The notes beneath the pieces were generated by a model that saw only the letters and a program-made list of their open reading frames with translations, did no database searches and had not been told where the DNA came from. Shown here in pieces: positions 9,257 through 18,000 of a DNA stretch of 64,000 nt; position 1 is the first letter of the stretch, and each line of letters starts with the position of its first letter. The DNA comes from an uncultured virus (IMG/VR IMGVR_UViG_3300050821_011652). Taxonomy: Duplodnaviria > Heunggongvirae > Uroviricota > Caudoviricetes. The translations under genes and the position numbers were made by a program. The stretch lies in IMG/VR virus record IMGVR_UViG_3300050821_011652, one strand, 5' to 3'.

Positions 9257-10110
9257 AACCCTCCGACGTCCTTCCCTTCTACCGTTGGTACAAGGCCAAC
9301 CCGCCACCGTCACGCGGGGGCGGCCTCAACAACTGGCTCTTCGTCGCAGCCCTGCGCCTTCGCCATTACACGTCCCAGGGCGAAGCGATGGAAGTACTGG
9401 AGTCCTTGAACCTGGAGGCCGTCAAAGAGGGCGAGATCCTACGCCAGGTCGAGTGTGCCTTCGAAGCCGATACGTCGGGTCATAAGGCGCCTCGCTGGCC
9501 GAAGCCCGATATGGAATTGAGAGATTCCATAGCGAAGACCAATACCAACGTCGACGAATTGCTTTCCCACCCATTTACCAAAACCCCAGCGACCGAGGAA
9601 GCTATAGACCTGCTCTTCCCAGGGGACCCGTTAATCTGCGCCGGAGCGACCCAGATGCTCTTCCACACCCAGCCGAGGTCTAAGTGGCGGGGCACACTAT
9701 CCCGCAAGCAGTTCATCGTCCCTAACCCGATGTCCGCGGTGAAGGGACTTACCCTCCAACGCAAGGAGTCGTACCACACGCTCAACAACACCGGCCCGCG
9801 GCAGTATCTCGTCACCGAGTTCGATTCAGGCAACGTGGCGGAGCAACTCCGGGTCATCCTGCACCTCAGGAACCACGGACCAACGCCTGGCGCTGATGTC
9901 CTCCCACTCAAGATGGTCCTTCACTCCGGGGGCAAGTCCATTCACGCCTGGTGGGAGGCCGCCGCATTCGACCCAACCGACTTCTTTCGCCGCGCGGTAG
10001 TTTTAGGCGCCGATCCCCACACGTGGTTGAAATCCCAGTTCGTCCGCATGCCTGATGGCTGGCGGAAGGATAAAGCCAGGGTTCAACACATCCTTTATTT
10101 CGCCCAATGA
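9253..10110 (+). CDS. Putative primase (AEP/RepB-primase-like)
   Basis: VTEFD, HSGGKSIHAWW, QFVRMP motifs; upstream of SF3 helicase. Confidence 0.65.
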   Translation: MKPSDVLPFYRWYKANPPPSRGGGLNNWLFVAALRLRHYTSQGEAMEVLESLNLEAVKEGEILRQVECAFEADTSGHKAPRWPKPDMELRDSIAKTNTNVDELLSHPFTKTPATEEAIDLLFPGDPLICAGATQMLFHTQPRSKWRGTLSRKQFIVPNPMSAVKGLTLQRKESYHTLNNTGPRQYLVTEFDSGNVAEQLRVILHLRNHGPTPGADVLPLKMVLHSGGKSIHAWWEAAAFDPTDFFRRAVVLGADPHTWLKSQFVRMPDGWRKDKARVQHILYFAQ

Positions 10111-10271
10111 ACAACTACACCGAAGAAGATTTGAGAGAGGCATTCCGCGAAGGCTGGAAAGGCGGAGGAGACGAGGTTGGCGCCATGGACTGGGGCTCCC
10201 GAGCCCCCGACGAAAAGGTCATGTGGCGCCAATTCCTCCAAGACCTTAAAGCGGAAAAGGGGTTGGAATGA
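10107..10271 (+). CDS. Small hypothetical protein
   Basis: MNNYTEEDLREAFREGW; ATGA overlaps at both ends. Confidence 0.55.
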   Translation: MNNYTEEDLREAFREGWKGGGDEVGAMDWGSRAPDEKVMWRQFLQDLKAEKGLE

Positions 10272-11626
10272 CCACCCACGAACAGGTGTGGAACACCTTT
10301 GGTCCACGGGTCATCTGGTACCCGAAGCAGACGAAGTTTTTCTACAATGCCAGTACCGTCCGAGAACACTGGATCGACCCAGGGACCGAGAAGCACCTGC
10401 TCAACCATTTGAAGTTGGGTGGCTTTTACGACGGGATCGTACGGAGTGAAGACCCCGCCCTCAGGGATGTGGCGGACAAGATATTCAAGGAAGAGATAGC
10501 GGAACGGCGCGACAAGTTCTTAGCTCGAGTACAGACGGGGAATACAGTGCAGTGGGTCGGGGAACTGGGCGGCAGGGTCGCCGGTCTTCACCGAGTGGGG
10601 AACCGCCAAATATTACTCCTGCACGGCCCTACATTCCCCACACCGGCCGAGGGCGACTGCTCCTTTGGTCTCAAGATCCTGGAAGAGCTGTTACCCGGTG
10701 ACCAAGCACCTAGGTTCCTCGCCTGGTTGAAGCGAGCGTACCTCGCAATCAAAAATCAGAGTGGCGAAATGGGACAAGCATTGATCGTCGCAGGAGCTTC
10801 CGATAGTGGAAAGTCCCTGCTACAGAAACGCTTTATCACCCCGGTACTGGGCGACCAGGGTGCAGACGCGATCCGATTCCTGATCGGCCAGACGGGCTTT
10901 AATGGAGAGCTGGGGGCGGCCTCCCACTGGATGGTCGATGACCAGGGCGACGCGGTTGGATTCAACCGTCAGGTGTTTTCCGACGCGGTGAAGAAGGCTG
11001 TGGCAGACCCGATGACACGAATAGAGGCCAAAGGGGCCGACGCAATCACCGCGCCCATCTTCCGTCGACTGAGTATCGTGATGAACACAGGGGGAAAGAA
11101 TATGGCCTTACTCCCCGAACTGACCGAGGACATTGCCGACAAATTGATCGTACTGAAATGCGACAAGGTCACCAGTCTGCTAGGATCCACGCCTGAGAAC
11201 AACGCGCGCCTGGTGGCCGACTTGCCGGCGTTTTTATATTGGTTGGAGGGGTATGAACCAGATCCTGAGGTCATGGGTAACCCCAGGTTCGGGACACAGG
11301 CCTACTTCCATCCGGAACTCAAAAGAGAGCTGCAGAGCACCAGCGCCGCGGCAAACCTGCTACCCCTGATAAAGAAGTTGTCGACCCGGTTCGAAGGGGT
11401 CTATGAGGGGACCTCCCAACAGATATACGACGAGCTCCTACAGTCCCCCTCCCGGTTCTTCTTAGAAAAAATCGTGAAGTCAATTCAGCAGTTCGGAAGG
11501 CTCATGACGGAGATCACAAAACTCTATCCAGAGCTGGTGACAAAAAGGGAAACCAAGCACGGCGCGAGGTACAGAATTGTTGTCACCGACGAAAAGCCCG
11601 AAATAAAAACGACAGTTGTTGGGTAA
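10268..11626 (+). CDS. SF3/D5-like (DUF5906-like) replicative helicase
   Basis: Walker A GASDSGKS, Walker B MVDD, IEAKG, sensor VMN. Confidence 0.75.
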   Translation: MTTHEQVWNTFGPRVIWYPKQTKFFYNASTVREHWIDPGTEKHLLNHLKLGGFYDGIVRSEDPALRDVADKIFKEEIAERRDKFLARVQTGNTVQWVGELGGRVAGLHRVGNRQILLLHGPTFPTPAEGDCSFGLKILEELLPGDQAPRFLAWLKRAYLAIKNQSGEMGQALIVAGASDSGKSLLQKRFITPVLGDQGADAIRFLIGQTGFNGELGAASHWMVDDQGDAVGFNRQVFSDAVKKAVADPMTRIEAKGADAITAPIFRRLSIVMNTGGKNMALLPELTEDIADKLIVLKCDKVTSLLGSTPENNARLVADLPAFLYWLEGYEPDPEVMGNPRFGTQAYFHPELKRELQSTSAAANLLPLIKKLSTRFEGVYEGTSQQIYDELLQSPSRFFLEKIVKSIQQFGRLMTEITKLYPELVTKRETKHGARYRIVVTDEKPEIKTTVVG

Positions 11627-11800
11627 AAATCGCCAACAGGTCGCCGTCTCAACGTCAGTTGACGTCACCAGGACAACACTTTTTCGGGTGTTGTCTCCGA
11701 GGGGAATGACAATAGTGACATTGATTTCTTATACTCTCTCTCTCTCTCTCTCTCTTCTCTTATATAAGAAGTAGGTCTCTTGTCATGTCATTTTGTCACC
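11536..11800. other. Putative replication origin (TGACA/TGTCA iterons around a CT run and AT-rich palindrome)
   Basis: TGACA at 11707 and 11716; three TGTCA at 11781-11798; (CT)10 at 11734-11753; TCTTATATAAGA palindrome; directly after helicase gene. Confidence 0.45.
11734..11754. repeat. (CT)n microsatellite
   Basis: 21-nt perfect CT run. Confidence 0.95.
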
Positions 11801-11829
11801 GGCAAAATTTGCCTAGCCCCCCGTCATCC

Positions 11830-12210
11830 TTAATTTCTTGTCGGAGGAGTCGACACCCGCGCTTTGTAAGCCGCGTCAGTTTCACCCGGCAATGGAAGAC
11901 GACCAGTTCGGCGGTTGAAGGCCAAATCGGTTTCATGACCGTCCGCTCTTACTTTTTCGGGTACGGGAGGACGCTCAAAATTCTCTGGATCCCTGGCGAG
12001 TAGGTCAGCGCCGTAGGGGCCGAAGCTGGAGACATTGTTGTCCGTTGTTCCGACGCGGGTGTTGTACGCGGCCTGCGTCTCTCCGGGCAGAGGCTTGTTG
12101 GCTGCTGGAACTGGTGGGGTTAGACCTGGAATTGGTACAGGCGGACGTTGAAAGGTGTCAGGGTGTACCGCCGGAAGGGTTGAACCGTAAGGACCTGGGT
12201 TGTTTGGCAT
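11830..12210 (-). CDS. Pro-rich two-repeat protein paralogous to the C-terminus of the 57614-60775 tail protein
   Basis: Two GPYG..L.A..P..F.RPPVP...PLPGET.AAY..RV units. Confidence 0.75.
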   Translation of the reverse strand: MPNNPGPYGSTLPAVHPDTFQRPPVPIPGLTPPVPAANKPLPGETQAAYNTRVGTTDNNVSSFGPYGADLLARDPENFERPPVPEKVRADGHETDLAFNRRTGRLPLPGETDAAYKARVSTPPTRN

Positions 12211-12218
12211 AGTATGGA

Positions 12219-12247
12219 ACGATATCGTTCAATCTTGCAGCCTGCAA
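12219..12247 (-). promoter_or_regulatory. Candidate sigma70-type promoter for the 12210 gene (near-leaderless)
   Basis: TTGCAG-N17-TATCGT ending 8 nt before the ATG. Confidence 0.35.
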
Positions 12248-12315
12248 TGACCCGTCCGCGGATGCGCACACCGACCCCCTCGACAAGTTTGGGGTGGGTG
12301 TGATACTGTTCCCGT

Positions 12316-12861
12316 ATGGAAGATGAAAGTTCTATACTGGCGGTCCCCCTAAAGAAGCGACGAAAGTCTCGTTGGGGTGATTGGAAGAAGACCGAAAAAG
12401 GTAAACAATATGATAGGAGCTATAAACAGCGCCCCGAAGTTAAGGATCGAGAGAAGGCCCGAAGGGTTCGAAAGAGGGTTCAAAATAGGGCTCGGCACCG
12501 AGAGTTGCGGCGGGATCAAAGAGCTCGGGCTAGAGAGCGAGCGCGTACATGGCTCTCCGAATTTAAGTCTTCGGCTTCTTGTGCCTCTTGCGGATTTTCT
12601 CGTCCGGCCGCACTTCAGTTTCACCATGAGGGGGCGAAAAATAATACGATCCCTGATCTTATGGGCCGGGGCTCTTTGACAGCCCTCAAGCGAGAGATCA
12701 CTTTGTGTGTAGTTCTCTGCGCCAATTGCCACATGATCCTGCATGCGGCTGAGTTGGAGCGGGAGTTGTCTGAAGCGGCCGAGGGGCTAAGGGACTCAAG
12801 GCCGATGACAGATTGGGAGCGAAAAGCGGCTGCAGGATCTTTCTGGTCGGAGTTTGATTGA
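12316..12861 (+). CDS. HNH endonuclease
   Basis: Basic N-terminus; CASC...LQFHH...CVVLCANCH. Confidence 0.8.
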   Translation: MEDESSILAVPLKKRRKSRWGDWKKTEKGKQYDRSYKQRPEVKDREKARRVRKRVQNRARHRELRRDQRARARERARTWLSEFKSSASCASCGFSRPAALQFHHEGAKNNTIPDLMGRGSLTALKREITLCVVLCANCHMILHAAELERELSEAAEGLRDSRPMTDWERKAAAGSFWSEFD

Positions 12862-13316
12862 TGGACATCCAACTCCGGCGGGTCTTGATGACCCGTCAAC
12901 AAGGCTAATTCTAAAAAATCCAAAAAATCTTAGATCCGGTAGAGCAGTTCCCGGGATGTGTGTACCCCCCTGCCGGCACCACGCCCCCGGGTCCGACGCG
13001 CGACTAAAAGACCGCGCGCGAACCGCGACGCGAGCCAAATCCGTATTGGAGGTGTCGGACAGCGATGGCTGAACGAAACGAAAGCCGCGGTTGCGGTGAG
13101 TAGGACACAAACCCGTTCTTTCTCACAGATCATTCGTTCCGCCGGAAGTACCGAGACAAACCGGCTAGCCGATCGAGCCAGAGTAACAAGAGGCTGTGCA
13201 GATCAATCCTTGCGAATGCCACGCTAAGGGGAGTCACAGACGCCGACGGTGAAGGAGATGGGGCGCTTTCTAGCCCGAGCTGAATCAACAGCTCGGACAC
13301 AGAAAGCACCAATACC

Positions 13317-13673
13317 ATGCAACTTGCAACACTAGAGTCATTCGGAATTCAGATCGTCGGCGGCCGTGTAGCGAAGTCCATCAAGGACTCGCTCAAGTCA
13401 CAAGGGCTTAAGGGGCAAGGACTTCGGACGAAGTATTACGAAATCACTCGCGCTTGCGCTGCGGACACATCAGCTGTTCAAGGCGAGTTTGACGCGAGGG
13501 GATTTCTCAAGGAGGTCACCTCGATTCGTCACGACAAGAGTGGCGAGGTCATCGGCGGATCGGTCCGCTACTTTCGCCCGGTCGCGCCCAAGGCTAAGAC
13601 TAAGAGCGAGAAGGACAAGAGGATTGCGGCTCTCGAGAAAGAGCTTGCCGCGATGCGTGCACCCAAAGCCTAA
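13317..13673 (+). CDS. Basic hypothetical protein
   Basis: Preceded by structured GCACCA leader, followed by a hairpin. Confidence 0.65.
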   Translation: MQLATLESFGIQIVGGRVAKSIKDSLKSQGLKGQGLRTKYYEITRACAADTSAVQGEFDARGFLKEVTSIRHDKSGEVIGGSVRYFRPVAPKAKTKSEKDKRIAALEKELAAMRAPKA

Positions 13674-13678
13674 ACACA

Positions 13679-13705
13679 CTGCCGGGCATGACCCGGCAGA
13701 AGTTT
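13679..13705 (+). terminator. Possible intrinsic terminator
   Basis: CTGCCGGG-CATGA-CCCGGCAG hairpin between convergent genes; weak U tail. Confidence 0.4.
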
Positions 13706-13721
13706 AGACTTGTTAGGGCAT

Positions 13722-13762
13722 TATGTCAGTAGCCGAGGGAAGTGTACCAGAATCGTGTACCA
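13722..13762. repeat. Second copy of att half-core plus arm-type pair (direct repeat of 31923-31963)
   Basis: 36/41 identical to 31923-31963; GTGTACCA at 13742 and 13755. Confidence 0.8.
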
Positions 13763-13778
13763 GCGCGCCGAAAACGCG

Positions 13779-14417
13779 CTAGGATGCCTCAGGATCGCTC
13801 GCAAGCTCTGAGCTGGTAGATGACAGCTGTAATGGGCCAATCGATCGAGCCAGGGCCAATTCCGGCCCGCCGTTAAGCACGCTCAGGTTTATTAGTATCC
13901 CTGCTTTCTTTTCATCGTCACGATCTAATCCACGCGCACGAGCACCGGTCTTTTCAATCTTCTCAGCTATTGAAGCAACGGAGTCAGCCTGCATCATAGT
14001 CACGACGCCTTCACTCTGTTCAACCAGGTAGTCGGCGATGCGATCGGTGATGGTGGCGATCTTGTCGCGAAAAGTGTCCTTCCGAGGGAGAATCCCTTTA
14101 ATTCGCTCTTCGGCCGGGATCACCTCAGCCTTTGGGTTTGCAACTTTTTCCGAATTGGGCTCTGTTTTTTGCATGTTTGGCACGATTTGTGCCTGCTTTG
14201 CATCCCTGAGACCCTGAATTTGGCCATCTAAGTGCTCTTGTAATGGGATAAGTATGCGCTTTCTCTGAGCAACCCACCCTTCATCCTTTGCTTTCGATGC
14301 CACGGTATTAGGTGGAATCCCGAATATCTTAGCAATCGTGTGCGTTGAATGCTGACTTGCTAGATATGAGGCCTTTACGCTCTCCCAATCCCACTTTGCC
14401 CTCGCACCTTTTCTCAT
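13779..14417 (-). CDS. terS: Terminase small subunit-like HTH protein
   Basis: KWDWESVKASYL...IAKIFGIPPNTVASKAKDEGW N-terminal HTH; C-terminal ARARGLD. Confidence 0.65.
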   Translation of the reverse strand: MRKGARAKWDWESVKASYLASQHSTHTIAKIFGIPPNTVASKAKDEGWVAQRKRILIPLQEHLDGQIQGLRDAKQAQIVPNMQKTEPNSEKVANPKAEVIPAEERIKGILPRKDTFRDKIATITDRIADYLVEQSEGVVTMMQADSVASIAEKIEKTGARARGLDRDDEKKAGILINLSVLNGGPELALARSIGPLQLSSTSSELASDPEAS

Positions 14418-14597
14418 TTTGCACCCCTGTTACCCTGTGACCCTGTTGCTGTGCGCCAAAGCTGCCAAGTGACAGGGATCGAAGGCACTCTTGGCGCACT
14501 TAGATAAAGAATATCTTGCATCAATACCAATTTTACGCTTTAAGCAGGAACAGTTCAATCCTGTTCCCCCAACCAAAACCAATGCACAGCACCAAAT

Positions 14598-14759
14598 ATG
14601 AAATACAATGTCCCAGTCTACGGCAATGTGACCGTAGAAGCCTCGTCTGAAGACGAAGCGATCGAAAGAGTCAAGAGAGCCATGCACGGCGAACTCAACA
14701 ACGTCTCACTAAACGTTTTGCGTTCTCTCGAAATCGGCAGTGATGTTTATCCGTTATGA
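14598..14759 (+). CDS. Small hypothetical protein
   Basis: GCACCAAAT-ATG leader; VEASSEDEAIE pattern. Confidence 0.65.
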   Translation: MKYNVPVYGNVTVEASSEDEAIERVKRAMHGELNNVSLNVLRSLEIGSDVYPL

Positions 14760-15049
14760 AACCAGAACCAAAGTTCAAACCAATCCATCCCGAGGGCGCA
14801 CACTACGATCACGACTGTGACGCCTGCACATTTTTAGGAACTTGGCGCGGTGACGCTAAGCACGGCGCCGGCATTCACGACCATGACCTGTATTACTGCG
14901 GCGGCCGATGGCCGACGGTAATTGCTCGCTGTTCATCTGAGGGCAGCGATTACATGAGCGGCATAGTTTTTCGAACTCACAATCCTGCGATTGAAGAAGG
15001 GTGTAAGCGAGCTGAAGCGCTCGGTTTGAATTTGAAGCGCGGCGATTAA
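14756..15049 (+). CDS. Phage hypothetical protein
   Basis: HDCDACTFLG...DLYYC...TVIAR; coupled. Confidence 0.65.
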   Translation: MKPEPKFKPIHPEGAHYDHDCDACTFLGTWRGDAKHGAGIHDHDLYYCGGRWPTVIARCSSEGSDYMSGIVFRTHNPAIEEGCKRAEALGLNLKRGD

Positions 15050-15051
15050 TC

Positions 15052-15130
15052 GGAACGGGCGACGCACCAATTGTCGCCCTGTTCCCCTGCACCCCTGAAC
15101 CCCAACAATTCAGTACCCTAGCACCAAATG
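15052..15130 (+). promoter_or_regulatory. Structured leader element, partial (P1 + CCCTG array + GCACCA)
   Basis: GGAACGGGCGAC/GTCGCCCTGTTCC stem; GCACCAA-ATG. Confidence 0.7.
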
Positions 15131-15376
15131 ACCACCGAACACGAAAACCTATCCCGCATTCAAGAGCTCGTGTATGAGCTCGTTGAACTTGAGAAAGATC
15201 CCGAGCGCAAGAAAAACCTCAAAGCCGATTTAGCGAGCTCGACCGATTGGTTTGGCTCACTGCAAAGTATCCGGGAGTTTTGTCATGACTTCGAGGATGA
15301 AATTAAAGAGCGGCTCAATTGGCATTATTACATCGCCGAAGAGTATATCGACGCGAACCCGGCGGATCCAGAATGA
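15128..15376 (+). CDS. Acidic hypothetical protein
   Basis: ORF after leader element. Confidence 0.65.
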   Translation: MTTEHENLSRIQELVYELVELEKDPERKKNLKADLASSTDWFGSLQSIREFCHDFEDEIKERLNWHYYIAEEYIDANPADPE

Positions 15377-15543
15377 AAGCCAGCGAACTAATCCAACGAC
15401 TAAACGAACTAATCGCCGAGCATGGTGACCGCGACATCGTCTATCCTGACAATTCTGAACGCTCTTATGGTCCGCTTGAGGCGGATGAAGTTGATGAGTA
15501 CGAGCATTGGGATCACAAGACAATCCAATTTTATATTCGATGA
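15373..15543 (+). CDS. Small hypothetical protein
   Basis: MKASELIQRLNELIAEHGD; coupled. Confidence 0.65.
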   Translation: MKASELIQRLNELIAEHGDRDIVYPDNSERSYGPLEADEVDEYEHWDHKTIQFYIR

Positions 15544-15551
15544 GAGCGAGT

Positions 15552-15695
15552 GAACGGGCGAGAGCGGATGTCGCCCTGTTCCCCTGTGGCTCTGCGATAA
15601 ACCTCTACAGTACCTAAGCCGGTTTAAGTCCGGAGTCGCAGGGTCACAGGGGAGCAATAAAGCTCCGCGAACAAGAAACAAGAAAAAGACATATG
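15552..15695 (+). promoter_or_regulatory. Three-hairpin leader element copy (lacks GCACCA)
   Basis: P1, P2 CCCTGTGGCTCTGCGA/TCGCAGGGTCACAGGG, P3 GGAGC/GCTCC. Confidence 0.75.
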
Positions 15696-16016
15696 ACATA
15701 CGTGAAAAGAGACGAACAGGTCGACCTCAAATTCGAGGGTGACCTGATAGCAAAAGCGAGCAGCCGTTCAGTCAACGGCCCGAATCAAAATCGGTGGACT
15801 GAGATGAAGCTGTACAAAACCAAAAGCGGGAAATTCGTTATCGGGATCGCCGGCATAACCATCTGGCAGGGTGAGCATGACCGATACTCAGGTTATACAT
15901 GTAAGGACGAGAATGAAGTGGTGAAGGCTCTAATCGATCACAACGAGGGAGAGCTCAGCTGGTTGGCCAAGGAGCTATTGGGTGAGGCGGGAATTGATTC
16001 CGCTGAGGAAGTTTAA
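15693..16016 (+). CDS. Phage hypothetical protein
   Basis: FEG.LI...SS...RWTE.KLYKT..GKFV pattern. Confidence 0.65.
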   Translation: MTYVKRDEQVDLKFEGDLIAKASSRSVNGPNQNRWTEMKLYKTKSGKFVIGIAGITIWQGEHDRYSGYTCKDENEVVKALIDHNEGELSWLAKELLGEAGIDSAEEV

Positions 16017-16023
16017 ACGGGAT

Positions 16024-16136
16024 GGAACGGGCGAAACGGATGTCGCCCTGTTCCCCTGTGGCTCTGCAACCACGCACCCCAAATGCACGGTCGCAGGGCT
16101 ACAGGGGAGCATTAAGCTCCAAAGCACCAAAATATG
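16024..16136 (+). promoter_or_regulatory. Three-hairpin leader element copy
   Basis: P1-P2-P3 then AAAGCACCAAAAT-ATG. Confidence 0.8.
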
Positions 16137-16430
16137 AAACTATTCAAAATATCCCAAACCGTGAACGGAGGGTATGACACATATGACTCAGTGGTCGTAT
16201 GCGCTGAGGATGAAGAAGCAGCTCGAAGGATCCATCCGATGGGGGAAAACAACACTTATTTTCTGGATGAAGAGGACACCTGGATGCTGCGGCTCATCAA
16301 GGGCGGAGTTGTTCCTTACGGTGGTGGGGAGCGGGCGTGGGCACTTCCTAAAGATGTGATCGTTGAGTATCTAGGAGAAGCGCAGGGATGGAAGCACGGG
16401 GTTATTGTCGCGTCGTTTAACGCGGGGTAG
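16134..16430 (+). CDS. Phage hypothetical protein
   Basis: GYDTYDSVVVCAEDEEAARRIHP...VIVASFNAG. Confidence 0.7.
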   Translation: MKLFKISQTVNGGYDTYDSVVVCAEDEEAARRIHPMGENNTYFLDEEDTWMLRLIKGGVVPYGGGERAWALPKDVIVEYLGEAQGWKHGVIVASFNAG

Positions 16431-16444
16431 GAGAAAGCACCAAT

Positions 16445-16630
16445 ATGACCACCGACGAATTAATTGCGTTGTACCGTAAGAAAGCGGCACAAAAACCAGG
16501 CTTTGACCAACTGCCGCTGGACGAGCAGCGCTACGAAGTGACCCTGCTTTTGGCAAAAAAGGTCATGAGCTTAGCGCGCGAATTGCACAAGCTGAATCCG
16601 AAGGGTTTGTATTTGAGAAAGGATTTATAG
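16445..16630 (+). CDS. Hypothetical protein
   Basis: GCACCAAT-ATG leader. Confidence 0.6.
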   Translation: MTTDELIALYRKKAAQKPGFDQLPLDEQRYEVTLLLAKKVMSLARELHKLNPKGLYLRKDL

Positions 16631-16633
16631 AAT

Positions 16634-16774
16634 ATGATCTGTACCCGATGCAACAAAGGCGAAGCGTTAGCGCCGCATTCCTGCCCCTATGCTGAAGAAC
16701 TCGATGGCATCCACGATGATGAGTTTTGTGATTGCTGCGAAGATTGTACGGATTACTGCGCGGAGTGTATATGA
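16634..16774 (+). CDS. Cys-rich small protein
   Basis: MICTRC...HSCPY...CDCCEDC...C. Confidence 0.6.
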   Translation: MICTRCNKGEALAPHSCPYAEELDGIHDDEFCDCCEDCTDYCAECI

Positions 16775-16947
16775 CCCTTTACCGCGTTAAAACTAGCAGC
16801 GGCGAGATCGATTCTATCTATGATTCCTACGTTGAAGCGAAGGAGCGCTTTAGCCAATTGATCGAGTCGGATGGCTTTTATGAGATCACGCTCTCAGAGT
16901 TAGAGGTCGTGAATGAACAAGAGATTGAAAATTGGATCGACGATTGA
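16771..16947 (+). CDS. Small acidic protein
   Basis: Coupled ATGA start. Confidence 0.55.
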   Translation: MTLYRVKTSSGEIDSIYDSYVEAKERFSQLIESDGFYEITLSELEVVNEQEIENWIDD

Positions 16948-17078
16948 TATGAACACCGAACAGAAATATAAGATTCTCTTGGAATTTGTGAGGGAATTGT
17001 TATGGAAGCATTCGCGTATTCCCTGCCGGTGGAGGCCGTGGGCGTATCGCGTATTAAGAGAGATAGGAGAAGAGTGAT

Positions 17079-17417
17079 ATGAACCAAAACACTTTTTGCC
17101 AAATATGCCGTAAGCCGAGCCCACAGCATGACCCGGACTGCCCGGTTAAAACTGGCCGGCCAGTTACCTCGCTTCAGAGTCAAATGGCCGATGGGTCGAT
17201 ATTTCAACAACAGAACGGAATGTTGGGACAGATGGGTCAAATCCGCGACCCCAAACGCATTGATGACATTCTAGACGCCCTGAAACTCTACTGGAAAGAA
17301 AACCCGGATCTGCGGCTAACTCAGATTATCGGGAACTGTTTCGGGCCACACGAACTTTATTATTACGAGGATGAGGAATTTTACCAATACCTTTTAACCA
17401 CAAAGGATCGACAATGA
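17079..17417 (+). CDS. Zn-finger plus DUF1040-like protein
   Basis: CQIC..H..C; RDPKRID.IL..L..YW...PDLRL.QII. Confidence 0.55.
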   Translation: MNQNTFCQICRKPSPQHDPDCPVKTGRPVTSLQSQMADGSIFQQQNGMLGQMGQIRDPKRIDDILDALKLYWKENPDLRLTQIIGNCFGPHELYYYEDEEFYQYLLTTKDRQ

Positions 17418-17586
17418 CCTACAAATACTACGAACTTGAATTTGAGAAACGCGACGATATTCCCTCCGTGTTCCTAAACGACACGATGAACCAATTGGCG
17501 TTCGAGGGTGAGGTTCTGCTCGCCTTTGACGATGGGTTTGGGGTTGAATCAACTCCCGATATGGAATGGTAATGTTCCACGGGTAC

Positions 17587-17705
17587 GGAACGGGGTGTGA
17601 CCTTGCACCCCTGTTCCCCTGTGATCCGGCAACCTTGTTATCTTTCCACCGGGTGGAAGGACCGCAGGGTCACAGGGGAGCAAAAACGCTCCAAGCACCA
17701 ATATG
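17587..17705 (+). promoter_or_regulatory. Three-hairpin leader element copy
   Basis: P1 covaried to GGGGTG/CACCCC; P2; P3; AAGCACCAAT-ATG. Confidence 0.8.
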
Positions 17706-17996
17706 AAGATCAAAGAATTGTTTAGTGATCAGTCCAAATGGACGAAGAAAACCGCCGCTCGAGATGCGAGTGGGACTCCTGTTTCGCCGTCCGATTCAGA
17801 CGCTGTTTGCTGGTGTCTGGCGGGAGGGGTTGCAAAGTGTTATCCGGGCGAAGAACGGTATAAGGTCCACGACGCAATCGTGGAGAAGTTATCCGGATCA
17901 GCCCAAGGCTATGGTTATGGATCGGCGTACGGCGACTGGAATGACCGGGCGTCGTTTGAAGAGGTGAAGGCGTTAGTTGAGCAATTGGATATATAA
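17703..17996 (+). CDS. DUF6197-like protein, paralog 1
   Basis: IKELFSD..W...AVCWCL.G...WND. Confidence 0.65.
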   Translation: MKIKELFSDQSKWTKKTAARDASGTPVSPSDSDAVCWCLAGGVAKCYPGEERYKVHDAIVEKLSGSAQGYGYGSAYGDWNDRASFEEVKALVEQLDI

Positions 17997-18000
17997 ATAC

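Noticed and set aside
11830..12210. DGR template/variable repeat pair with 57614-57980
   Set aside because: Differences affect all bases and many synonymous positions, and no reverse transcriptase is in the window
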